Below are positions 18,440-27,590 of a stretch of 64,000 nt of DNA, piece by piece (position 1 is the first letter of the stretch; every line of letters begins with the position of its first letter). Source of the DNA: Capsulimonadaceae bacterium (GTDB lineage: Bacteria > Armatimonadota > Armatimonadia > Armatimonadales > Capsulimonadaceae); contig OZ244065.1 of NCBI GenBank assembly GCA_965215505.1, positions 4,832,001 to 4,896,000 of the forward strand, given 5' to 3'. The position numbers were made by a program, and so were the translations under genes. The notes under the pieces are model-generated. The model had not been told where the DNA came from, did no database searches, and was given only the letters and a program-made list of their open reading frames with translations.

Positions 18440-18496
18440 GTAGGGGTGAACCCTACCCTTACGTCCTGCCTTGTAGGGGCGCCGCTTGCCGCGCCC
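18440..18496. repeat. Two GTAG-type REP palindromes between convergent gspD and HNH genes
   Basis: GTAGGGgtgaaCCCTAC at 18440 and GTAGGGGCGccgcttgccgCGCCC at 18473. Confidence 0.6.
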
Positions 18497-18517
18497 TCTT
18501 CTCTTGCCGCGCCCCCC

Positions 18518-19372
18518 CTAGGCTTTCGCCAGGTGAACGTCAAGCGCGAGCTTGTCCCGGAACTTGCCGAAGTCAAGGCTGAGATCCAAGTAGTCGAGCG
18601 GCGCGTCGCACCGGTGTACGGCGGTGTGGTGGTTTGGGCAGAGCAGCATTAGGTTCTTCAAATCATCGTCCCCGCCCCGACTGAGCCAGTGGATGTGGTG
18701 GCCGTGGCAGAGGCTGTAACCGTAGATGTCGCGCGGGTCCCAGCGGCAGAGTTGGCAGCGCCCGTCATAAAGCCGCTGTAACTCGTCTACCAACTCGCGG
18801 TTCCGCGTGGGCGCTTTGCTGAACAGGTATTCCTGACGCGCCTCCGCTATGCAGGGGTGTTCCTCATGGAGCAGATCAATGACGGCCTGCGCGTCGCCCA
18901 GCAGCAGAGTCGCCTCTAGACGTTCTTCGGGCAAGAGGCGGGCGCGCGGCTCTTTCGGCAGTGCCCGAGCCGCCGCCGCTAGAACCTGATGGTCGGCAGC
19001 CGTCAGGGGGCGGACGGCGGCATTCCCTTGGAACGACTGGGACAGGATGGCGGCGTCGGACTTGGGCGAGAGATGCCGGATGACCTGCTCCATGTTGGGC
19101 TGCTGCTCGATCTCGAAATACCGAGACCGCGTGAGATCGCCCCAGACGCGGTAAGGCCCGTAGCGGTAGCCGGGCGGGTTCTTGGTCTTCGCGTGGACCA
19201 CCAATTCGGCGGCCAGCACGAAGCGCTTTCGGCTGTTGCGCGTGAAAGCCCACAGGCTGTCGCCGATGCTGAGGTCGTGGAGCAGTCTGTTATTGGAGTT
19301 CAGGTGGAAGCCGACACCATAGTCCAGGTCGCGCCGGTAGTTGTCGCTCCGCCAGTAGTAGAGTAGTGGCAT
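18518..19372 (-). CDS. HNH endonuclease with uncharacterised N-terminal domain
   Basis: C-terminal CQLC...HGHHIHWLSRGGDDDLKNLMLLCPNHH. Confidence 0.85.
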   Translation of the reverse strand: MPLLYYWRSDNYRRDLDYGVGFHLNSNNRLLHDLSIGDSLWAFTRNSRKRFVLAAELVVHAKTKNPPGYRYGPYRVWGDLTRSRYFEIEQQPNMEQVIRHLSPKSDAAILSQSFQGNAAVRPLTAADHQVLAAAARALPKEPRARLLPEERLEATLLLGDAQAVIDLLHEEHPCIAEARQEYLFSKAPTRNRELVDELQRLYDGRCQLCRWDPRDIYGYSLCHGHHIHWLSRGGDDDLKNLMLLCPNHHTAVHRCDAPLDYLDLSLDFGKFRDKLALDVHLAKA

Positions 19373-19444
19373 GGGGATAGGCCGGGAATCGGCTCGAAGT
19401 ACTCCTCGAGGCCACCGGCGTGTCAGCAGAGGACGAGAAGGCGG

Positions 19445-19480
19445 AACAGAGTCCCGGCCTTGCGGCAGGGACTCTGTTTT
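19445..19480. terminator. Stem-loop / intrinsic terminator
   Basis: aacagagtccc...gggactctgtttt inverted repeat downstream of the 77-aa gene. Confidence 0.6.
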
Positions 19481-19530
19481 GGGCGATTGAAAGGATGGAT
19501 GCTGAAGAACGGGATGCTTCCCGGCCAGTT

Positions 19531-19764
19531 CTAGTACCCGTGGTGCGCGGCGGAGCGCAGGCGCGCGGCGTGGGCACGCAGCTTGGCGGCCTTGACGCGG
19601 TGGCCCATCATGGCGGCGTGGGCGGCCTTGCGGTCGAGCTTCGCGGCGTGCCTCATCTGGTGGTGCAATGGGTGGAGGACCTGTGCGCCTGCCGGGGCAG
19701 CGAGCGTGCCGAAAGCGAGAGCTGCCAGCCCCAACGCGGCCACAGACTTCTGAAGAATGTTCAT
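19531..19764 (-). CDS. Small exported His/Ala/Lys-rich protein
   Basis: GAGG SD, signal peptide ending APAGA-Q, mature part with repeated HAAK/AAH. Confidence 0.7.
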   Translation of the reverse strand: MNILQKSVAALGLAALAFGTLAAPAGAQVLHPLHHQMRHAAKLDRKAAHAAMMGHRVKAAKLRAHAARLRSAAHHGY

Positions 19765-19795
19765 CGTCGTTTTCCTCTACTGCTAGTCCTATGTT

Positions 19796-21069
19796 TCAGT
19801 ACCGTACACTTTTCGCATGAGTCTTACTGACGGCGGCTGAGGTTGCCGCCTGGGGTATTCTTTGTTCCTACCACAGACCAAAGAAAGGCTCCCCATGAGC
19901 GACAACCTCAAGCGCTATTGTGCCACACTCCGTCACCTAAAGCAACTGTATCCGGAGGAGCCGACGGGCAATCTGGCCCGCCACCTCTGTACCCTGGCCG
20001 CCCTGGTCAGCGGCATCGTCGGCAGCAGGAGTTGCCACCTGCCGCAGATCGCCAGGAAGGTGCCCGACGGCAGCAAACACGAGAGCCGCAGCAAGCGCTT
20101 CGCCCGGTTCCTGCAAAACAAGAGCGTCACGCCGGAGACGTTCTTCCTGCCTTACGCCCAGGTACTCGCCGAGAGCCTGCCGCCTGGTCCGCTCGTGCTC
20201 ATCATGGACGGCAGCCAGGTCGGGCGCGGGTGCATGGCCTTGATGCTCAGTGTGCTATACGAACACAGAGGCCCGCAAGGCGACCGGAAGCGGGGCTTCG
20301 AGAAGATGCGGGCCTTGCCCCTGTGCTGGCTGGTCGTCCGGGCCAGGAAAGGCCACTTCTCGCAGGAGCGCCATCAAGAACTGCTGGCCCAGGCCAAGCA
20401 GATCCTTCCGCCACACCGGGCGGTGATCTTCCTGGGCGACGGCGAGTTCGACGGGCCGAGCCTGCTGGCGGATGTCTCGGCAGCCGGGTGGCGCTACGTC
20501 TGCCGCACGGCCAGGAACGTGCTCCTCTCGGAAGCCGACTGGCCCGACGAGACGTTCACGCTCTCGCAGATGATGGCCGACGGCGGCCTCAGACCCGGCG
20601 ACTGCGTAGAGTTGACCGATCTTCTGTTCAGCGCTCAGGGCCTGGGGCCGGTCTTAATGGGCGCGGTGTGGGAGCCGGATCAGGACGAGCCGCTGCTGCT
20701 GGTGACCAACCTTGAGTTCCTGCATGAAGCCCGCTTCTGGTACAAGAAGCGCTTCGGCATCGAGACGCTGTTCTCCGATCTGAAGAGCCGGGGCTTCCAC
20801 CTGGGCCACAGCCATCTGAGTGATCCGCCGCGCCTCTGCCGGCTGCTGATCGCTACTTGTTTGGCCTACTACTGGATGGTCTGTCTGGGCGTCGAGGTCC
20901 TGCGGCGCGGCTGGCAGAAGATCACTCACCGCGCCGACCGGTGCGACCTGAGCCTGTTCCAGATCGGCTTGACTTGGCTAGAACACTGCCTGGATGAAGG
21001 GCGTACTGTTCCCGTCAGGCTACAAGTGCGGGCAGCAAGTGAGACTTGAAGAAAGATGTACGGTAGTGA
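19796..21069 (+). mobile_element. Complete IS4-like insertion sequence, 1274 bp
   Basis: Terminal IRs TCAGTACCGTACA and (revcomp) TCACTACCGTACA. Flanking 11-bp direct repeat AGTCCTATGTT at 19785-19795 and 21070-21080. Confidence 0.9.
19895..21049 (+). CDS. DDE transposase (IS4 family-like)
   Basis: LIMDGS, FLGDGEF, YKKRFGIETLFSDLKSRGF (YREK-like signature). GAAAGG SD before ATG 19895. Confidence 0.9.
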   Translation: MSDNLKRYCATLRHLKQLYPEEPTGNLARHLCTLAALVSGIVGSRSCHLPQIARKVPDGSKHESRSKRFARFLQNKSVTPETFFLPYAQVLAESLPPGPLVLIMDGSQVGRGCMALMLSVLYEHRGPQGDRKRGFEKMRALPLCWLVVRARKGHFSQERHQELLAQAKQILPPHRAVIFLGDGEFDGPSLLADVSAAGWRYVCRTARNVLLSEADWPDETFTLSQMMADGGLRPGDCVELTDLLFSAQGLGPVLMGAVWEPDQDEPLLLVTNLEFLHEARFWYKKRFGIETLFSDLKSRGFHLGHSHLSDPPRLCRLLIATCLAYYWMVCLGVEVLRRGWQKITHRADRCDLSLFQIGLTWLEHCLDEGRTVPVRLQVRAASET

Positions 21070-21322
21070 AGTCCTATGTTACGGAGATCGTCAGCGGCCC
21101 CGAACATTTCGGGAAGCGATGCGAGTATTAAAAAAGTTCCGTCTCGGCGGGTTCGTACAAATAATGAATGAAGATTTATGGGTTAAGGGTGGTGCTTGGG
21201 AGAACCAGTGATGTCCATCCGCAACAAAAACGGGTGAAATCAAATTGGGAGAGTTCCGACAAGAGCCTATCGGAGCGTTCCTGGTGTCATAACCACAAAC
21301 CAATGCCCGGAGGAAATAGATA

Positions 21323-22201
21323 ATGTCCACTATGACGTCCACCACACTGCCCGGAGGCACGTTCACGCTTGCCGATGATCTCACCCTGACCCGCGTGGGC
21401 TATGGGGCCATGCAACTCGCCGGGCCGCACGTCTTCGGGCCGCCCGCCGACCACGACGGCGCGCTCGCGGTCCTGCGCGAAGTCGTTGCGCTCGGGATCA
21501 ACCACATTGACACCAGCGACTTCTACGGCCCGCATGTCACCAATCAGCTCATCAAAGAGGCGCTGCATCCCTACCCGGAGCAGCTTCGGCTCGTCACCAA
21601 AGTCGGCGCGCGGCGGGACGCGGAAGGCGGTTGGCCCAGGGCGCTTGCACCCCACGAGCTGCGCCAGGCCGTCCATGACAACCTCGCGAACCTCGGCGTC
21701 AGCGCGCTCGACGTGGTCAACCTGCGGGTCGGCGGGCTGGACGCGCCCGCGCCAGGCTCACTCGCGGAGCCGTTCGAGGTGCTGGCCGAAATGCAGCGGG
21801 AGGGCCTGATCAGGCACCTCGGGGTCAGCAACGTCAGCGCCGAGCAGATCGCCGAGGCGCAGTCCATCGCGCCGGTCGTCTGCGTCCAGAACTTCTACAA
21901 CATCGCCAACCGTCGAGACGATTCGCTGATTGACTCCCTTGCCGAGCAAGGCACCGCCTATGTGCCGTTCTTCCCGCTCGGCGGCTTCTCGCCGCTGCAA
22001 TCCGATACGCTCTCCGGCGTCGCCGCCCGGCTGGAGACGACCCCCATGGCCGTCGCCCTGGCCTGGCTCTTGCAGCGCTCCCCGAACATCCTGCTCATCC
22101 CCGGAACATCGTCCGTGAAGCATCTGCGGGAGAACGTCGCCGGGGCGGCCCTGCATCTGCCCGAGGACGCGCTTCAAGAGCTGAACGGCATTGCCGGATA
22201 A
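21323..22201 (+). CDS. Aldo/keto reductase (YdbC-like)
   Basis: RVGYGAMQLAG, IDTSDFYG, TKVG, LGVSNV, IPGTSSVKHLRENV. Confidence 0.92.
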   Translation: MSTMTSTTLPGGTFTLADDLTLTRVGYGAMQLAGPHVFGPPADHDGALAVLREVVALGINHIDTSDFYGPHVTNQLIKEALHPYPEQLRLVTKVGARRDAEGGWPRALAPHELRQAVHDNLANLGVSALDVVNLRVGGLDAPAPGSLAEPFEVLAEMQREGLIRHLGVSNVSAEQIAEAQSIAPVVCVQNFYNIANRRDDSLIDSLAEQGTAYVPFFPLGGFSPLQSDTLSGVAARLETTPMAVALAWLLQRSPNILLIPGTSSVKHLRENVAGAALHLPEDALQELNGIAG

Positions 22202-22208
22202 GCATCCG

Positions 22209-22248
22209 AAAGCCCCTGCCATTCCTCTCGTGGCATGGCAGGGGCTTT
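22209..22248. terminator. Bidirectional intrinsic terminator
   Basis: aaagcccctgccat...atggcaggggcttt between convergent genes. Confidence 0.75.
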
Positions 22249-22292
22249 CCTGTGGCTTCTTTATCGGCCGGAGAAAGGATCAAAAAACAGGA

Positions 22293-22868
22293 TCAGGCAG
22301 ACGCCTTCACATTCGCCTTCTTCCGCCGGACCGCCAGGATCAGCCCCGCGAGGCCCAGGGCACCGCAGGAAAAGGCGGCCATGGAGGACGGCTCGGGGAC
22401 GGCGGCAGGAAGGGCACCCGGCCCCACGGTGGAACCGCCCCTGCTGTCGCCGTTGTCGGCGTTCCGCACCAGGAAGGAGTCGGTGCCGGCGGGGGCCGTC
22501 GTCTGGAAGCTGAAGCCGCCCAGGGTCTGCCCCGTCCCGATGTCGGTCGAGGGGTCCGTCGAGAGCCACTGGACGAAGGTGTCGCCGGTCGTATAAAGGT
22601 CAATGAAGCCCGTAGGGGCCGTGATGTTGGTCAGCGCGCTGGTGGTCGGGACGGCGAGATCGAACTCCCCGATCGTTTCCGTGCCGGTGTTGGTCAGGGT
22701 GTAGGTGAAGGTGCTGGGCGTGCCCGGCGTGAAGACCGGGAGGATGGTGACATTGACCTGGGCGCGGGCCGGCCCCGGCAGCCAGACGGCGGCCAGCAGC
22801 GCCAGCGCTAGGGTGATCGTTTTCAACAGGGTGCCCTGTTTCGAGCCGGCAGATCGTAGAAGCAGCAT
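22293..22868 (-). CDS. PEP-CTERM sorting-domain surface protein
   Basis: Signal peptide, Thr-rich beta domain, C-terminal VPEPSS + TM + RRKK. Confidence 0.9.
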   Translation of the reverse strand: MLLLRSAGSKQGTLLKTITLALALLAAVWLPGPARAQVNVTILPVFTPGTPSTFTYTLTNTGTETIGEFDLAVPTTSALTNITAPTGFIDLYTTGDTFVQWLSTDPSTDIGTGQTLGGFSFQTTAPAGTDSFLVRNADNGDSRGGSTVGPGALPAAVPEPSSMAAFSCGALGLAGLILAVRRKKANVKASA

Positions 22869-22904
22869 GGAAGTTCCTTTCAGTAGCGAAATGAGACCTA
22901 ACCC

Positions 22905-24170
22905 CTAGTGCGGGACACCCACATAGGGGAACACGTTCAGCGTGTCGCGGTGCGGCCCGACGTTGTCGGTCTCGAACTGCGGCTTTTCTTTTCCGTCGTC
23001 GGGGGCCAGGCCCAGGGCGGGGATGACGGGGCCGAAGATCGTCATCAGGTCAATGTCCACGACGTCGTCGGTCAAGGCCCGCCCGCCGAATGTCCCGCCG
23101 GTGAAGCCCCCGGTCTCCACGCCGAGGTAGGACGCTTTGCCCGGCTGCGACAGGTCGGCGACCAGCACGTCGGGGATGAGCACCGCCGCCGCCACGTTGC
23201 TGATGGCGGCGGACCGGCCCGCCGGGAAGTTGAAGAAGCCCAGGAAGTCGCTTTTGGACTGGCCGGCGTCGTCCGTCGGATTGTCCATGTCGTACACCTG
23301 ATGGCGATTGTTGGTGACCGTGGACAGGATCGTCTTGATGAAGGGACGCCCCTCCCGGTCCTGCTGGGTGTAGCTGAAACTGGGAGCGCCGGTGGGCAGG
23401 CTCGTGGTCTCCCAGAGTCGCACCACGCCCCCGCCGAGCCTCGCCTTGGGCAGCTCGACGACGATGGACAGCACGTTGAGGTTGGCGAAGAAATCCACCG
23501 CCGGGGTGGAGTCGAAGCCCGAGCCGGACGGGAAGCCCCGGAATCCGTTGATCTGCGGCGTGTTGGCGGCCATGATGCCGGCCGAGTTCACCTGGCTGCC
23601 GGTCAGCGGCGTCATGCGGTCCGGGAAGATGCCGTAGAAGCGGTTCAGGTCGAAGAAGAATGGGTCCGAGCGCGCCCCGGCGAAGACCTGCATCCCCGGC
23701 GTCGGCGAGAACGCCTGGTTGATCGTCCCCGTCACAGCGTAGGGGCGGCCCGTCAGCGTCGTGGTCCCGGTTTGAAGGGGCTTGGAGGGGCCTGAGATAA
23801 TAACGCGCTGGCTCGCGCCGGTGCCGGTGAACCGGGCCTGGATGACCAGGTCCTCGACGTAATCGCCGGTGGTGTCTATCTTAAACTGGTACAGGACATC
23901 GGGGTCGAACGAGACATTCCCTCCTTGTCCGGCGGGGATCAGGGCATGGACATCCATGACCAGGACCACGTTGTTTGCGTTGGTAGGACTGGGGAACAGA
24001 TAAGCGTCGGCGATGTCCGCGCCGATCCGGTTGACGTTCGCCGCCGTGTCGGCGGCATCGGCGGCCCGTGCGGTGCCGGAGCTGAGGAGGGGGGACAGGC
24101 AAAGCGAAGCCGCTGCCAGAAGCAGCGCTGCCTTTGTCCGTGTCCGTTTGACGAGGGGCGGGAATGTCAT
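22905..24170 (-). CDS. DUF4331 family exported protein
   Basis: ADIADAY, FDPDVLYQFKIDTTGD, VFAGARSDPFFFD, GRALTDDVVD, FPY. Confidence 0.85.
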   Translation of the reverse strand: MTFPPLVKRTRTKAALLLAAASLCLSPLLSSGTARAADAADTAANVNRIGADIADAYLFPSPTNANNVVLVMDVHALIPAGQGGNVSFDPDVLYQFKIDTTGDYVEDLVIQARFTGTGASQRVIISGPSKPLQTGTTTLTGRPYAVTGTINQAFSPTPGMQVFAGARSDPFFFDLNRFYGIFPDRMTPLTGSQVNSAGIMAANTPQINGFRGFPSGSGFDSTPAVDFFANLNVLSIVVELPKARLGGGVVRLWETTSLPTGAPSFSYTQQDREGRPFIKTILSTVTNNRHQVYDMDNPTDDAGQSKSDFLGFFNFPAGRSAAISNVAAAVLIPDVLVADLSQPGKASYLGVETGGFTGGTFGGRALTDDVVDIDLMTIFGPVIPALGLAPDDGKEKPQFETDNVGPHRDTLNVFPYVGVPH

Positions 24171-24482
24171 CGTGATGCTCCTTGAAGGTAGAGTGCCTAG
24201 CCGCCCTTTGGGCTCGGCCGTTTCACTGCTACGGAGTCATTATCCTCGCCCTGCGTAACTCAAAGCGTAACCAAAACGAAGGATTCTGGGAGAAATTTCA
24301 CAGCATGGATCTCGGCGGCAATGACCTGGAGGCCAGCGGCAGCCTGGGCCGGCGCTTTCCTGGCATCAATGTCGCTGGTATTCGTCTATGTGATTCAAGG
24401 ACTCAACGGCATCGCCGGTTAGGACCCAGGACAGACCAGAACCGCCCGACTGTCACAATCGGGCGGTTCTCCCGTCTCCCGC

Positions 24483-25676
24483 TTACGCGCCGTTCCTCAA
24501 CCCACCGCCCAATGCGAGGTGCGTGAACATGCCGACGCCGTGCGCCAGCGCGCCGTCGGAGAAGTTGTAGGTCGGCGTGTGCAGGGCCGTCACGTCCGTG
24601 CCGACGCCGAGCCGGAACATCGCGCCGGGGACATCGCGGAGGTAATAGGCGAAGTCCTCCCCGCCCATCGAGGGCGTCTCCAGGAAGGCGACGTTGTCCG
24701 GCCCCAGCAGAGCGCGCCCGACCGCCTCGATGCGCGCCGTCACATCGGCGTCGTTGACGACCACGGGCGGGCCGGGGTCATAGGTGAAATTGTACTCGGC
24801 GCGGAAGGCCGCGCACAGGCCCGCCGCGATCCGCTCCATCTTGCCGGGCATCGAGTTCCGGAGGGTATTGCTGAGGCAGCGCACCGTCCCCTTCAGCTCG
24901 GCAACGCCGGGGATGACGTTGTAGGCGGTCCCGGCGTGGAACTGCGTGACCGAGACGACCACCGAGTCGAGCGGCGAGACCTCGCGCGAGGCTAATGTCT
25001 GGAAGGCGGCGACGATCTGCGCGCCGATGACGACCGGGTCCACGGTCGTGTGGGAGTAGGCCGCATGGCCGCCCTTGCCCCGGATGGTCAGGTCGAAGCG
25101 GTCCGCGCTCGCCATCATCGGGCCGGGCCGGTAGCCGATCTGCCCGATCTCCAAGTTCGGCCAGCCGTGCAGGGCGACGATGGACTCGACCCCTTCCAGC
25201 GCCCCTTCGGCGATCATCGCGTCCGCCCCGCCCGTCGTCTCCTCGGCGGGCTGGAAAAGGAACTTGACCGGTCCGGGCAGGTATTCTTTAAGCTGTGCCA
25301 GGGCGTTGGCCGCCCCCAGCAGGGTCGCCGTATGCCCGTCATGCCCGCAGGCGTGCATGACCCCCGCGCTGCACGAGGCATACGCCAGCCCGCTGGTCTC
25401 CTGGATCGGCAGGGCGTCCATGTCCGCCCGCAGCGCGAACATCGGGCCATCTTTAGACCCCCGCAGTATGCCGGTGACGCCGTGCCCGGCCAGCCCCGTC
25501 CGGACGTCTTCCACGCCCCAGCCGCGCAGCCTCTCGGCGACCAGGGCCGCCGTCTGCGCCTCGGACCCGCTCAGTTCCGGGTTCCGGTGCAGGTGGTGTC
25601 GTGTTTCCACCACTTCGGGTAGAATGCGTTCAATGACCGCGCCAACGGCGGTTGTAAGAAAATCAGTGTCGGGCAT
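24483..25676 (-). CDS. M20 family amidohydrolase
   Basis: HRNPELS, LRADMDALP, MHACGHDGH, FQPAEE, GGEDF. GAAAGG SD before ATG 25676. Confidence 0.93.
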   Translation of the reverse strand: MPDTDFLTTAVGAVIERILPEVVETRHHLHRNPELSGSEAQTAALVAERLRGWGVEDVRTGLAGHGVTGILRGSKDGPMFALRADMDALPIQETSGLAYASCSAGVMHACGHDGHTATLLGAANALAQLKEYLPGPVKFLFQPAEETTGGADAMIAEGALEGVESIVALHGWPNLEIGQIGYRPGPMMASADRFDLTIRGKGGHAAYSHTTVDPVVIGAQIVAAFQTLASREVSPLDSVVVSVTQFHAGTAYNVIPGVAELKGTVRCLSNTLRNSMPGKMERIAAGLCAAFRAEYNFTYDPGPPVVVNDADVTARIEAVGRALLGPDNVAFLETPSMGGEDFAYYLRDVPGAMFRLGVGTDVTALHTPTYNFSDGALAHGVGMFTHLALGGGLRNGA

Positions 25677-25742
25677 GATGCCAGGCCTTTCCGAGACGAG
25701 GGATACGCTCTTAATTCGCCGGGAGGGCGGCGGGTTCCTGCC

Positions 25743-25923
25743 TCCTATCCCCGGCGCGAGCGCCGACCCTTCCCTCGGAGGGAAGGGTGGGTAAATAGGG
25801 GCCAGGGCACCTCCCCTTTCCAGCCTCACGCGCTCGGTAGGCCACTCGATAAAACAAACCAAACCCTCCATTTACCCACCCTTCCCTCCGAGGGAAGGGT
25901 CGGCGCTCGCGCCGGGGATAGGA
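25743..25923. repeat. Perfect 54-bp inverted repeat pair (REP doublet / MITE-like)
   Basis: 25743-25796 is the exact reverse complement of 25870-25923. Each arm contains an internal hairpin ACCCTTCCCTC-GG-AGGGAAGGGT. Confidence 0.9.
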
Positions 25924-25933
25924 TCAGAAAAGC

Positions 25934-26899
25934 ATGTCATCATCACTCCCCATCGCCATCTACTACGAACACCCGGACTGGTTCCGGCCCCTCTTCGCCG
26001 AACTCGATCGGCGCGGCACGGACTACGTCAAGCTGGACGCCCGGCGGCACTTCTATGACCCGGCACAAGCGACGCGCGAATACGGCGTCCTGTTCAACCG
26101 CATGAGTCCGTCGGCCTATCTGCGCTCGGACCATCCCGGCATCTTCTACACCCTGGGCTACCTCGCCCACCTGGAGCGGCTGGGGACGCGCGTCGTCAAT
26201 GGGACGCGGGCGTTCACGACCGAGACCTCTAAGGCCCTGCAACTGACCCTGCTGCAAGGGCTGGGCCTGGCCTACCCGCGTGCGCGCGTCATCGGCGACC
26301 CCGCCGCCGCGCCCGCCGCGTCCGGGGGCCTGCGCTTCCCGGTCGTCGTCAAGGCCAACATCGGCGGCAGCGGCGCGGGCGTCGTGCGCTATGACTCGCT
26401 GGAAGAACTGGCGCGGGCGGCGCAGGCAGGCAGCATAGACCTGGGCATTGACAAGACCGCCTTGGTCCAGGAGTTCGTCCCCGCCCGCGACGGCCGCATC
26501 ACCCGCGTCGAGACACTGGGCGGCAAGTACCTGTACGCCATCCACGTCTACACGCCCGGCGACAGCTTCAACCTCTGCCCCGCCGACATCTGCCAGACGA
26601 CGGACGGCGTGGAACTGGCGCGCGGCGCGGCTCCTGCGGACGCGCCCAAGAACAGAATGCGCGTGGAAGGCTACACGCCCCCGGACGAGGTCACCAATGC
26701 GGTCGAGCGCATCATGGCGGCGTCGGGAATAGATGTCGGCGGCATCGAGTACATGATAGACGACCGCGACGGGAGCCTGGTCTACTATGACATCAATGCC
26801 CTGTCCAACTTCGTCGCCGACGCCCCGCGCGTCGTCGGCTTCGACCCTTTCGCGCGCTTGGCCGATTATCTGGAAGAAGCCAGCTCGCGTTTTTCATAG
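25934..26899 (+). CDS. RimK-like ATP-grasp protein
   Basis: FPVVVKANIGGSGAGV, LVQEFVP, GGIEY, YDINALSNF. Confidence 0.85.
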   Translation: MSSSLPIAIYYEHPDWFRPLFAELDRRGTDYVKLDARRHFYDPAQATREYGVLFNRMSPSAYLRSDHPGIFYTLGYLAHLERLGTRVVNGTRAFTTETSKALQLTLLQGLGLAYPRARVIGDPAAAPAASGGLRFPVVVKANIGGSGAGVVRYDSLEELARAAQAGSIDLGIDKTALVQEFVPARDGRITRVETLGGKYLYAIHVYTPGDSFNLCPADICQTTDGVELARGAAPADAPKNRMRVEGYTPPDEVTNAVERIMAASGIDVGGIEYMIDDRDGSLVYYDINALSNFVADAPRVVGFDPFARLADYLEEASSRFS

Positions 26900-26973
26900 C
26901 GCAACTCACCGGTAACAAATGGGTGTGTGCCAGACAGTCAAGACGAGATGATTGGATGTAATCAGGCATAGCA

Positions 26974-27234
26974 ATGCGATACCCGATTTTAAGACAAAAA
27001 GAAGTAGCGGAAGCACTGTGGGCATATCGGAATGCCGTGGTGGAAGAGGCCCATACCGACATGCGTATGGAGGCCTTTCTGAGCGAGGCGAGTGACCCCG
27101 CCGTGACGAAGCGGGAGCTGGATGCGCTGGGCGAGCGTTTTGAGGCGGCAAGCGAGCACGCGATAGCGGCAGTCAAGTCAGCCTACGATGCGCTGGAAAT
27201 AGCCCTTCAGGCAACAAAAGACCGGCCTTCGTGA
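26974..27234 (+). CDS. Hypothetical helical protein in a lower-GC patch
   Basis: 86-aa ORF whose stop overlaps the next GTG. No recognisable family. Confidence 0.5.
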   Translation: MRYPILRQKEVAEALWAYRNAVVEEAHTDMRMEAFLSEASDPAVTKRELDALGERFEAASEHAIAAVKSAYDALEIALQATKDRPS

Positions 27235-27554
27235 AAAGGATCGGGAGATCGGTTACTATGAAAGATGAGCTGTATACTGGCATATGGACGCTCAATGATA
27301 AAGACTCCGGCCTTTTGTTCGCAGCGGTCGGCGCGTTCGGGCCTCCAGATCGAACCGGCATAGTCCGTTTGACTCTGAATAGCGGTCGTGTCAAATGGGA
27401 GGTGGATGAAGAAGGGGTCGTGTCCATTGACTTCCCAGAGCAACAAGCGCGTCAACTGGCGGAACAGCTCTTTGTGGTTGCCGTTAAACTGGAGCATCTG
27501 CGGTTATTGGACCGTAATCGTGTGCGGGATGGGGAAGCTACACCCGAAGGCTGA
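27231..27554 (+). CDS. Hypothetical protein in a lower-GC patch
   Basis: 107-aa ORF. Alternative ATG at 27258 after a GGGAG SD. Confidence 0.5.
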   Translation: MKRIGRSVTMKDELYTGIWTLNDKDSGLLFAAVGAFGPPDRTGIVRLTLNSGRVKWEVDEEGVVSIDFPEQQARQLAEQLFVVAVKLEHLRLLDRNRVRDGEATPEG

Positions 27555-27590
27555 ACCGCCTGCGATCTGACGTGATTAGAAGAGGAATGA

